Shown here: positions 48,111-56,591 of the stretch, one piece after another
Layout of the letters: every line of letters starts with the position of its first letter
Numbering within the stretch: position 1 is the stretch's first letter
NCBI GenBank assembly: GCA_964442045.1
Contig: CAYTWI010000007.1
Span: 1,166 to 65,165, forward strand
DNA length: 64,000 bases
Origin: an uncultured Bifidobacterium sp.
Lineage (GTDB): Bacteria > Bacteroidota > Bacteroidia > UKL13-3
Reading direction: 5' to 3'
Notes under the pieces: model-generated
What the model was told of the DNA's origin: nothing
Seen by the model: the letters and a program-made list of their open reading frames with translations, nothing else
Database searches by the model: none
Made by a program: the position numbers and the translations under genes

Positions 48111-50426
48111 TTAAAGTAATTTGAGTTTGGCAAACTTTAATACAATCATTTTTTTTCCAAAATTCTCAAATTCAATTTCGGCTTTCTTTCCATCGCCAGA
48201 CCCGTCTAAATTTACTACTTTGCCAAATCCAAAGCGTTGGTGTTCCACTTTCTGGCTTAATTGTATGTTGCTGGTATCGTCACCAACAAAGTTAGGGTCA
48301 CCAGGGGGAGGAGGTGCAACGGTTGTTTTGGGTTGTGTGGTAAATTTTTGTCCCACTGTTGATGTGGCTGTTTTTGTTGAAGGCAATCCTGGTTTTCCAA
48401 ACCGGGCATTGGTATTTCCATAGCCACCACTGCGTGGCGATGAACTCATACTATCACTTCCTTTACTGAATATGGCATCCATTTGCAGGTATTGCGGATT
48501 TAATTCACTTAAAAACCGGCTTGGTTCGCTATTACTAATGGTACCAAATTTAAACCTGCTTGTGGCAAATGATAAGGTTAGTTTTTTCATGGCTCTTGTT
48601 ATGGCCACATAAAATAACCTTCTTTCTTCTTCCAGCTCCTGGCGGCTATTTAACGAAAGTTGTGAAGGGAATAGGTTTTCCTCTAAGCCTACAATGTACA
48701 CATGTTTAAATTCAAGCCCTTTTGAGGAGTGAATCGTCATCATGGTTACTTTGTCTATATCATTGGGATCTTCGTTGTCTGCATTAGTTAGCAGGGCAAT
48801 GTCTGACATGTACTCTTCTAAAATACCGTATTTCTGAACGCCATCATCATCAACGCTATCATCCACACTAAATTCTTTTATACCGTTTAATAGCTCTTCA
48901 ATGTTTTCATAGCGAGCAATGCCCTCTACTGTTTTATCTTCATACAAAGCTTTAAGCAATCCTGTTTGTTTGGCAATATGCATAGCTACATCATAAGCCG
49001 GTTTTTGTAACATGGTTTGAAAGCTTCTTATCATCAATACAAAATCGTTTAATACATCGCCTCCTTTAAAACCAAATTCTGCTGAACGCTGAATGGCTTC
49101 AAACAAACTAATATTTTGCTCTGATGCAATAATGGTTAACTTATCGAGGGTTGTTTTTCCAATTCCTCTTACCGGGTAATTGATAATACGTTTTAGTGCT
49201 TCTTCGTCATTAGGGTTTAGTACTACCCTGAAGTAAGCCAGTATGTCTTTTATTTCTTTACGTTGGTAAAAGCTGAGTCCTCCATAAATTTTATAGGGGA
49301 TATTCATTTTACGTAAAGCTTCCTCTAATGAACGGCTTTGTGCATTCGTTCTATACAAAATAGCAAACTCATTATTCATGGCATGGCTATTCATTTTTTC
49401 ATGAAAAATGCTGCTTGCTACCATGCGGCCTTCTTCATTATCGGTTAAGGCCCTGAGTACTTTAATTTTTTCTCCTAAATCGTTGGTGGTAAATACTTTT
49501 TTAGGTATTTGGTCTTTATTGAGTTTTATTAAATCGCCTGCTGCTTCAACTATAGTTTGCGAGCTTCGGTAGTTTTGTTCTAATTTAAATATTTTGGTGT
49601 CAGGGAAATCGCGTTGAAATCCTAAAATATTGGCAATGGTGGCTCCCCTGAAAGCGTAAATACTTTGGGCATCATCGCCTACAACTGCTACATTTTGGTG
49701 TACTGCTGCCAGTTTTTTTATAATGGCGTACTGAGCTTGGTTAGTATCCTGGAACTCATCAACCATAATGTATTTAAACTGGTGCTGGTATTTATGTAAT
49801 ACATCGGGGTGGTTACGGAATAACTCAAATGTTTTTAAAAGCAGGTCGTCAAAATCCATGGCACTGGCTCTGAAACAGCGATCCTGGTACAATTGAAATA
49901 TTTTACCAAACATAGGTCTGCCGCTACTTTCGTCAAATGAAGTATTTTCATCATTGGTAATGTATTCTTTGGCATTAACCAAGGCATTTTTTGCGGCTGA
50001 AATACGGCCTAATACGCTCGCAGGTTTATATAACTTATCATCAAGCCCCAACTCTTTGATAATTGTTTTGAGTAAACTTTTAGCATCATCCGTATCGTAA
50101 ATGGTGAAATTGCGCGGGTAGCCGATGCGTTCACTTTCTACTCTTAAAATACGTGCAAATATACTGTGAAAGGTACCCATCCAAAGGTTACGTGCTTCAT
50201 TGCCAACTACGGAATGAATACGTTCGCGCATTTCTTTGCTTGCTTTATTGGTAAATGTTAGGGCTAAAATATTAAAGGCATCATTGCCTTGTTTTAAAAT
50301 ATGTGCAATTCTGTAGGTAAGTACTCTTGTTTTTCCTGAGCCTGCCCCTGCAACAATCATTACCGGGCCCTGGGTGTTTTCAACTGCAGCGCGTTGACTT
50401 TCGTTTAATAAACTTAAATAATCCAC
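48111..50426 (-). CDS. UvrD/PcrA/Rep family ATP-dependent DNA helicase
   Basis: LNESQRAAVENTQGPVMIVAGAGSGKTRVLTYRIAHIL, VDEFQDTN, YRSSQ, TIHSSKGLEF, and a C-terminal small beta domain after a Gly/Ser/Pro-rich linker. Confidence 0.9.
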   Translation of the reverse strand: MDYLSLLNESQRAAVENTQGPVMIVAGAGSGKTRVLTYRIAHILKQGNDAFNILALTFTNKASKEMRERIHSVVGNEARNLWMGTFHSIFARILRVESERIGYPRNFTIYDTDDAKSLLKTIIKELGLDDKLYKPASVLGRISAAKNALVNAKEYITNDENTSFDESSGRPMFGKIFQLYQDRCFRASAMDFDDLLLKTFELFRNHPDVLHKYQHQFKYIMVDEFQDTNQAQYAIIKKLAAVHQNVAVVGDDAQSIYAFRGATIANILGFQRDFPDTKIFKLEQNYRSSQTIVEAAGDLIKLNKDQIPKKVFTTNDLGEKIKVLRALTDNEEGRMVASSIFHEKMNSHAMNNEFAILYRTNAQSRSLEEALRKMNIPYKIYGGLSFYQRKEIKDILAYFRVVLNPNDEEALKRIINYPVRGIGKTTLDKLTIIASEQNISLFEAIQRSAEFGFKGGDVLNDFVLMIRSFQTMLQKPAYDVAMHIAKQTGLLKALYEDKTVEGIARYENIEELLNGIKEFSVDDSVDDDGVQKYGILEEYMSDIALLTNADNEDPNDIDKVTMMTIHSSKGLEFKHVYIVGLEENLFPSQLSLNSRQELEEERRLFYVAITRAMKKLTLSFATSRFKFGTISNSEPSRFLSELNPQYLQMDAIFSKGSDSMSSSPRSGGYGNTNARFGKPGLPSTKTATSTVGQKFTTQPKTTVAPPPPGDPNFVGDDTSNIQLSQKVEHQRFGFGKVVNLDGSGDGKKAEIEFENFGKKMIVLKFAKLKLL

Positions 50427-50508
50427 GCTTGCAAATTACTATTTTAGCTTTGGCGGTTTTCAACAACTTTTAATAGTTTACCGTCATTTTAAAAACAGGT
50501 GATTTTAT

Positions 50509-51171
50509 TTATTGGGTAAAAGCAAATTGTAAAATATTGGCTCCCATTTTAAGTGCCTGTTGCCTTGTTGCTTCCGGGTCGTTGTATATGTCCTGGTCTT
50601 CCCAGCCATTGCCTAAATCGCACTCATAACTATAAAAGCAAACTAAACGGCCTTTATAAATTAAACCAAAACCTTGTGATTGTTTTCCATCATGCTCATG
50701 TATTTTGGGTAAGCCTTTATTGAAATCGAATTTCTGGTGGTAAATAGGGTGTGACCAGGGTAGCTCTACAAACTCCAATTCTGGAAAAACTTTTTTCATT
50801 TCCCGCCTGAAAAACTTGTCTAAACCATAATTATCATCGGCATGCAGAAAACCGCCTGCTATTAAGTAATTACGTAGGTTCTCTGTTTCCTGTTTGTTAA
50901 AAACGATATTACCATGGCCTGTTAAATGTACGAGTGGATAGTTGAATAAGTCTTTGCTTCCTACTTCTACTATATCTTCTTCGGGCCCAATAGCCAGTTT
51001 TAAATTATCGTTACAAAATTTAATCAGGTTTGGTAACGATGTTTTATTGGCATACCAATCGCCACCACCATTGTATTTTAGTTTAGCAATTTTCACATTT
51101 CCTGATTGGGTAAACGATAAAAGTGTAATACTGCAAATAATATAAAGGTTGTACTTTATAAACTTAAACAT
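50509..51171 (-). CDS. DUF4159 domain protein
   Basis: KLKYNGGGDWYANKTSLPNLIKF and a class-I glutamine-amidotransferase-like fold pattern. I prefer the ATG at 51171 (MFKFIKYNLY... signal peptide) over the TTG at 51198. Confidence 0.6.
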   Translation of the reverse strand: MFKFIKYNLYIICSITLLSFTQSGNVKIAKLKYNGGGDWYANKTSLPNLIKFCNDNLKLAIGPEEDIVEVGSKDLFNYPLVHLTGHGNIVFNKQETENLRNYLIAGGFLHADDNYGLDKFFRREMKKVFPELEFVELPWSHPIYHQKFDFNKGLPKIHEHDGKQSQGFGLIYKGRLVCFYSYECDLGNGWEDQDIYNDPEATRQQALKMGANILQFAFTQ

Positions 51172-51209
51172 ATGTTTTGTTATGTTGAAAGGGAGCAAGG
51201 TAGTAAAAT

Positions 51210-52112
51210 TTATAATTTTCCGCGTGGGTGAAAATTAATTATTACTTCATGTAAATACTCTTTGCTGATGTGGGTATAAATTTCAGTTGTTGTTATGCTT
51301 TCATGCCCTAACATTTGTTGTACAGAGCGTAAGTCCGCGCCTGCTTCGACCATACTTGTGGCAAAGGAATGGCGTAGGGTGTGTGGGCTAATGTTTTTAT
51401 TAATCTGTGCTTTTAGAGCCATTTCTTTAATAATCAAAAAAATATAAACTCTTGACAGTGCTTTACCGCGCCTGTTTAAAAAAATAACATCGGTACAATT
51501 TTTATCTATATCTAATTTATTGCGTACGGAATGTAAATAGATATCAATTTCTTTGAGGGCTCTTTTAGATATGGGTACCAAACGTTCTTTGTTTCCTTTA
51601 CCTACTACTTTTATAAATTCATCGTTCCAGAATATATCTGATATTTTTAAACCGGTGGTTTCACTTACCCGTAATCCGCAGCTAAACATAGTTTCTATAA
51701 TAGCATGATTTCGTGTTCCTTCATCGGTGCTTAAATCAACGGTAGCAAGCATCTGATCAATTTCATGAACATCTAATGTATCTGGTAGCTTGCGTGTTAC
51801 TTTGGGGCTTTCTAATAATTCAGCCGGATTTATTTTTATTAAATCTTCTAATAGTAAATACTTATAAAATGATTTGATTCCGCTTATGATACGGGCCTGG
51901 CTGGTATTGTTAATGCCTAACTCGTTTATAAAACGTAAAAACTCACGTAAGGTATGTAAAGTAATATCCTGTGGTTGTAGTGTAAGTTCTTTTATGGCTA
52001 AAAACTGGCAGAGCTTTTCCACATCATGTACATACGCTTCAATGCTATTGGGTGAAAGCGATTTTTCTAATTTCAGATAGGCCTTGAAGCCAATTAGGTA
52101 TGATTGCCACAT
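51210..52112 (-). CDS. xerD: Site-specific tyrosine recombinase XerD
   Basis: N-terminal SAM-like domain (FKAYLKLEKSLSPNSIEAYVHD) and catalytic ARG...HTLRHSFAT...LGHESITTTEIYTH. Confidence 0.85.
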   Translation of the reverse strand: MWQSYLIGFKAYLKLEKSLSPNSIEAYVHDVEKLCQFLAIKELTLQPQDITLHTLREFLRFINELGINNTSQARIISGIKSFYKYLLLEDLIKINPAELLESPKVTRKLPDTLDVHEIDQMLATVDLSTDEGTRNHAIIETMFSCGLRVSETTGLKISDIFWNDEFIKVVGKGNKERLVPISKRALKEIDIYLHSVRNKLDIDKNCTDVIFLNRRGKALSRVYIFLIIKEMALKAQINKNISPHTLRHSFATSMVEAGADLRSVQQMLGHESITTTEIYTHISKEYLHEVIINFHPRGKL

Positions 52113-52130
52113 ATGTTGAGCAATGATAAT

Positions 52131-52169
52131 AAAAAAAGCCGGTTCTGATTTATCAGAACCGGCTTTTTT
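52131..52169 (-). terminator. Rho-independent terminator (symmetric A-run/T-run hairpin)
   Basis: AGCCGGTTCTGAT / ATCAGAACCGGCT stem flanked by A7 and T6. It lies 22 nt downstream of the stop of the minus-strand gene 52191..53066. Confidence 0.8.
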
Positions 52170-52190
52170 GTATTTGGTATTATTAAGTAG

Positions 52191-53066
52191 TTATTCCGGC
52201 AATTTAACTTTTTGGCAGTTCATTACTTCTACTACATTGGTTGTTCCCACTTTAGTATGTTTCCAAACTATAACTACTGCACTCATGTTAGCTTTGTTCC
52301 AATAGTTAACTGAACCAACCGGTATAGTAAGAGGAGCTGAACCCATGTGTACTTTTTCTATAATTGTTCCTGCATCTACTTTACCTGCTTTAATTTCATC
52401 TCCAAAAGCACTCGTTGAGAATTTACCTCTTAATACTTCATCATGTATATAGTTCTGTACTTTTTTACCGTTTGCTATTTGATGGTATTTAACACCATCT
52501 TCCAAAGGTAATACAGCCACTTTGTACTGACCGCTATCAGCAGTAAGAAATTTTACTCTTGTTTTTATGTTATAAATGCCACCTACATTAGTAGCAGTTA
52601 CATTCATACCAACAACAGGAGCAGCAGCAGAAAATGTATTTACAAAACCGCTGGCAGTAGCTTGGGCTGTTGAGCCAGAACCACTGAATTTAGCATTTGG
52701 TGGAATTAAGAATGTAGGTGCACTGTAGCTACCGTTTGATACAATAAGTTGTAACAATTCACCACCCGCAGCAGCGTTATACATACTATCATCAGCAGGT
52801 GCATTACAATGTACTGCTACGCCAATAACTTTGCTTTTTAAGTTTAAATCTTTTGTTACAGCATTGTAGTTAGGAATACCCAAAGAGCCACAAGGATTAC
52901 ACTCGCTACCTGTATAATAAAGGAATAGGGCCGTTTTTGTAGAGCTAAATACTTCTCCATTTCCGGTTGAATCGTCTTTTTTAGAATCTTCTTTTGAGCA
53001 AGATGATAAAATAAGACTTGCCGCTGTGAAAGCAACAGCAAAAGTTTTTAGTGTAAAATTTTTCAT
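52191..53066 (-). CDS. Lipoprotein with thioredoxin-like CxxC motif (possibly Omp28-related)
   Basis: Lipobox ILSSC and LFLYYTGSECNPCGS (CNPC at 52890..52901). The family name is from memory only. Confidence 0.45.
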   Translation of the reverse strand: MKNFTLKTFAVAFTAASLILSSCSKEDSKKDDSTGNGEVFSSTKTALFLYYTGSECNPCGSLGIPNYNAVTKDLNLKSKVIGVAVHCNAPADDSMYNAAAGGELLQLIVSNGSYSAPTFLIPPNAKFSGSGSTAQATASGFVNTFSAAAPVVGMNVTATNVGGIYNIKTRVKFLTADSGQYKVAVLPLEDGVKYHQIANGKKVQNYIHDEVLRGKFSTSAFGDEIKAGKVDAGTIIEKVHMGSAPLTIPVGSVNYWNKANMSAVVIVWKHTKVGTTNVVEVMNCQKVKLPE

Positions 53067-53151
53067 TTCTGTTTTTTAGTTAATTATACTTTAACAATGT
53101 AATTAAAAAAAAATTGAATAAGCAAGTAAAATTTTAAAACACAACTATTTA

Positions 53152-54006
53152 TTACATAACTTTTAAGCTCAAATCAATGCTTTTGGCAGAGTGAGTTAAT
53201 GCCCCTACTGAAATATAATCAACACCCGAAGCTGCAAAATCAGTTATAGTTGCTTGCGTAATACCACCACTGGCTTCAGTTTCGTATTGTTTATTAATAA
53301 GTGCTATTGCTTCCTTGAGTAAGGAAGGGGTGAAGTTGTCAAGCATTATCCTGTTAACACCACCTTTGGCTAATACTTGCTTTACTTCGTCTAAACTGCG
53401 TGTTTCTATTTCTATTTTAAGGTCTAAATTGTTTTGCTTTAAGTACTGATGTGTTTGATCAATAGCTTGTGCTATACCTCCAGCAAAATCAATATGATTA
53501 TCTTTTAACATAATCATATCGTATAAACCTATTCTATGATTATAACTACCTCCAATTTTAACAGCATACTTTTCAAATAAACGCATGCCGGGTGTAGTTT
53601 TGCGTGTATCTAATACTTTGGTATGGTAATCTTTTAAAAGGGTACTTATATTTTTACTTTGTGTGGCCACACCGCTTAAGCGCTGGCAAAAATTTAATAC
53701 CAAACGTTCGGCTGTGAGTATGGAAATTGATTTTCCTTCAACAGTAAAAACGGTATCGCCTTTTTTGATAGCATCCCCATCTTTTAAGCTGGTGGCAAAA
53801 ACCAATGAGCTATCTACTTTTTGGAAAATATACTTAGCCAAAGGTAGTCCGCAAATAACGCCATCATCTTTAGCGGTACAATAAGCGGTACCTGTTTTAT
53901 CGGCACTGATACAAGCTAAAGAACTGTGATCGCCTGAGCCAATATCTTCTCTGAGTGCAATGTTAATAAGCTCCTGCACATCGGCTTGTTGTAATAAATT
54001 TTCCAT
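53152..54006 (-). CDS. nadC: Nicotinate-nucleotide pyrophosphorylase (carboxylating), quinolinate phosphoribosyltransferase
   Basis: ALREDIGSGDHSS, DTRKTTPGMR, MLKDNHI, MLDNF motifs. 284 aa. Confidence 0.9.
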   Translation of the reverse strand: MENLLQQADVQELINIALREDIGSGDHSSLACISADKTGTAYCTAKDDGVICGLPLAKYIFQKVDSSLVFATSLKDGDAIKKGDTVFTVEGKSISILTAERLVLNFCQRLSGVATQSKNISTLLKDYHTKVLDTRKTTPGMRLFEKYAVKIGGSYNHRIGLYDMIMLKDNHIDFAGGIAQAIDQTHQYLKQNNLDLKIEIETRSLDEVKQVLAKGGVNRIMLDNFTPSLLKEAIALINKQYETEASGGITQATITDFAASGVDYISVGALTHSAKSIDLSLKVM

Positions 54007-54023
54007 TAAATAATGAATTGCAA

Positions 54024-54749
54024 TTATTTGTTGTAGGTTTTAAACAGACTTTTTAGTTTTAAACTAATTACGCCCCAAATAGCTTCTTTGAAAATGGACT
54101 TGCTCATTTTTGATTCGCCTTGCGTTCTATCGGTAAATATGATAGGCACTTCGGTAATTTTAAATCCATATTTTAAAGCAGTGAACTTCATTTCAATCTG
54201 AAAAGCATAGCCCCTGAATTTTATTTTATCCAATTCAATCGTTTCTAATAATTTCCTGGTATAGCAAACAAAACCGGCTGTAGTATCTCTTACATTCATA
54301 CCTGTAATAAAGCGAACATAAGCGCTGGCATAATAGATCATCAATACCCTGTTCATAGGCCAGTTTACTACATTCACTCCGTTGATGTTACGTGAACCAA
54401 TAGCCAAATCAGCGCCTTGTTCACAGGCATTGTATAATCGAATTAAATCATCCGGGTTGTGGCTAAAGTCTGCATCCATTTCAAAAATGTAATTGTAGCC
54501 TTTATTTAAGCACCATTTAAATCCTTCTATATAAGCAGTTCCTAAACCATTTTTTTCTTTGCGTGAAAGCAGGTGAAGGTTGCTGAATTCTTTTTGTAGC
54601 TGGGTAACCAATTTCCCTGTTCCGTCAGGCGAATTATCATCCACTATTAATAAATCGAATGCAGGCTGAAGACTCATTACTTTTCTGATAATGTTTTCAG
54701 CATTTTCTATCTCATTATAGGTAGGTATGATAACTATTTTATTGGTCAT
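54024..54749 (-). CDS. GT2 polyprenol-phosphate mannosyltransferase (DPM1-like)
   Basis: VIIPTYNEIENAE, LLIVDDNSPDGTG, EMDADFSHNP motifs. Confidence 0.8.
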   Translation of the reverse strand: MTNKIVIIPTYNEIENAENIIRKVMSLQPAFDLLIVDDNSPDGTGKLVTQLQKEFSNLHLLSRKEKNGLGTAYIEGFKWCLNKGYNYIFEMDADFSHNPDDLIRLYNACEQGADLAIGSRNINGVNVVNWPMNRVLMIYYASAYVRFITGMNVRDTTAGFVCYTRKLLETIELDKIKFRGYAFQIEMKFTALKYGFKITEVPIIFTDRTQGESKMSKSIFKEAIWGVISLKLKSLFKTYNK

Positions 54750-54830
54750 AAATTTTTCAATAATAAACTTAAACGGTTTATTTTACAATTTATCGCGTAT
54801 TATTGAAGCAAAAATTATTTATAAATTGTT

Positions 54831-55328
54831 TTGAACAAGGCTGCATTTTTTGACAGGGACGGAGTTTTAAATTTTGAAGTTGGAGATTATATTCAACGTT
54901 TTGAGGATTTTAAGTTGCTCCCATACCTGTTTTCGAACCTTAAAAAATTACACGATAATGGTTACTTACTTTTTGTAATTACTAACCAGGGTGGCATAGC
55001 AAAAAAGCTATATAACAGGGCTGAATTGGAAAAAATGCATTTGTTTCTACAAGAACAAGCCAAAGCAAACGGTTTCTTTTTTACCGAAATGTATTATTGT
55101 CCGCATCATCCTGAAACGAGTAACTGCCTTTGCAGAAAACCGGGCAGTATGATGGTGGAGAAAGCGGTTGCGAAGTACAATATTGATGTAACAAAAAGTT
55201 TTATGATTGGTGATAAGGAACGCGATGTTATTTGTGCAAATGGGGCGGGGGTAAAGGGCTATTTAATTGATGCAAATCAAAATTTCAGCCATATTGTTGA
55301 ACAAGAAATGAGCTGCACTGTCAGCTAA
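54831..55328 (+). CDS. gmhB: D-glycero-D-manno-heptose 1,7-bisphosphate phosphatase (HAD-IIIA)
   Basis: AAFFDRDGVLN, VITNQGGIAK, the Zn-binding CPHHP...C.CRKP motif, and GDKERD. TTG start. Confidence 0.75.
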   Translation: MNKAAFFDRDGVLNFEVGDYIQRFEDFKLLPYLFSNLKKLHDNGYLLFVITNQGGIAKKLYNRAELEKMHLFLQEQAKANGFFFTEMYYCPHHPETSNCLCRKPGSMMVEKAVAKYNIDVTKSFMIGDKERDVICANGAGVKGYLIDANQNFSHIVEQEMSCTVS

Positions 55329-55349
55329 TTTATTGGGGAATTTAAGTAA

Positions 55350-56522
55350 ATGAAGTATATTGTTTTGAAGTGTGTAATTAGCTTAGTTTTAGTTGCAAGC
55401 TTTTGTTCAGGTTTAAAAAGTCAAAGTTTTACCATTCACGATGGAGATACTATTAATGTAACGGTTGATGGTAAAAAACAAGGTTTTTGGCGCTACTATT
55501 GGCCTAATGATGATTTAAAGTATGAAGTGTTTTACGAAAATAATGAGAAACAGGGTCTGGAAATTAAATATTATGACGGGCAGGATTGTATTGAGTTAAG
55601 TAATACTTTTAAAAATGGAGTGCTTGATGGTCCCAGTGTTTCCTTTTTTCCCAACTGCAGTACCCGCTGCGAAGAAATTTATAAAGATGGTTTAAAGAAC
55701 GGTTACGAACGTTGTTATGATGAAGCCGGTTTTATGCAAACTGAAGCTAATTTTTCGAAAGGAGATTTAGTAGGCAGCTATGCTCATTTTGACAAGAAAG
55801 GATATGTAACTTATGAAGCTCCTACCAAAGAAAAACCAACTACTATAAAGTTTGATAAATTTTTAACAGGAGAGTACAAATTAAAGGACTCTACTATTTT
55901 TCATGCTTTCAAAAGAAACCCACAATGGAAAAAAATAGCCATGGTGGTTGATTTAACAGGAAGTATGTTTCCTTATATAGGTCAGTTATTGATTTGGTAT
56001 AAACAAAACTATGAAAGCGAAAAGGTAATGTATTATACTCTTTTTCATGATGGTGGCGATGTTGCCGATGAAATGAAGAAAGTAGGTTTGGTAGGTGGTG
56101 TTTATACTTTTGAAGCGAAAGATTTTAAAAAGTTTAAGAAGGATATTGATGAAACCCGCAAAAAGGGTGGAGAACGCCAGGGTGGAGATGACCCTGAAAA
56201 CGATTTAGAGGCTGTTTTAAAAACAATTACAACCTTACGTGGATATTCGGATATTGTTTTAGTTGCCGATGACAGTCCGGTTCGTGATATGGTTTTATTG
56301 AAAAGGATAAAAAAACCAATTCACATTATTATTTGTGGTACGGCAAAAGGTATTAATGCAGAGTATTTAAAAATTGCTTACCAAACCAAAGGTTCTATTC
56401 ATACAGCCAAGGATGATATCAATATGAAGACTATTAAGGAGAACCAGGAATTTACGATTGATGATGATATTTTTAAATTCAGGGCTGGCGAATTTATATG
56501 GATGGATACCGTAGCTAAGTAA
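55350..56522 (+). CDS. Secreted protein: MORN-variant (YwqK-like) repeats fused to a vWA-like domain
   Basis: Signal peptide, repeats GKKQGFWRYYW / NEKQGLEIKYY / KNGVLDGPSVSFF / KDGLKNGYERCY / SKGDLVGSYAHF, then IAMVVDLTGSM (DxTxS MIDAS-like) ... VLVADDSP ... IHIIICG. Confidence 0.6.
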   Translation: MKYIVLKCVISLVLVASFCSGLKSQSFTIHDGDTINVTVDGKKQGFWRYYWPNDDLKYEVFYENNEKQGLEIKYYDGQDCIELSNTFKNGVLDGPSVSFFPNCSTRCEEIYKDGLKNGYERCYDEAGFMQTEANFSKGDLVGSYAHFDKKGYVTYEAPTKEKPTTIKFDKFLTGEYKLKDSTIFHAFKRNPQWKKIAMVVDLTGSMFPYIGQLLIWYKQNYESEKVMYYTLFHDGGDVADEMKKVGLVGGVYTFEAKDFKKFKKDIDETRKKGGERQGGDDPENDLEAVLKTITTLRGYSDIVLVADDSPVRDMVLLKRIKKPIHIIICGTAKGINAEYLKIAYQTKGSIHTAKDDINMKTIKENQEFTIDDDIFKFRAGEFIWMDTVAK

Positions 56523-56543
56523 TTACTTAGCTTATTATAAAAC

Positions 56544-56582
56544 AAAAAGCCCTGACTAATCATATTTAGTCAGGGCTTTTTT
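56544..56582. terminator. Bidirectional rho-independent terminator between convergent genes
   Basis: AAAGCCCTGACTA / TAGTCAGGGCTTT stem flanked by A5 and T6. It lies between the stop at 56522 (+) and the stop at 56592 (-). Confidence 0.8.
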
Positions 56583-56591
56583 ATGTGATGC

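Noticed and set aside
51210-52112. Tyrosine recombinase as an integrase of a mobile element or an invertase controlling a neighbouring invertible promoter.
   Set aside because: The sequence has the housekeeping XerD layout and motifs. There is no flanking tRNA, direct repeats, phage or conjugation genes. The nearby inverted repeat at 52131..52169 is a classic terminator hairpin with A/T runs, not a pair of separated inverted repeats.
55350-55810. Annotating the MORN-variant repeat protein as a YwqK-type antitoxin of a toxin-antitoxin pair.
   Set aside because: It has a signal peptide, is fused to a large vWA-like domain, and has no adjacent toxin-like gene. The repeat type alone does not support a TA call.
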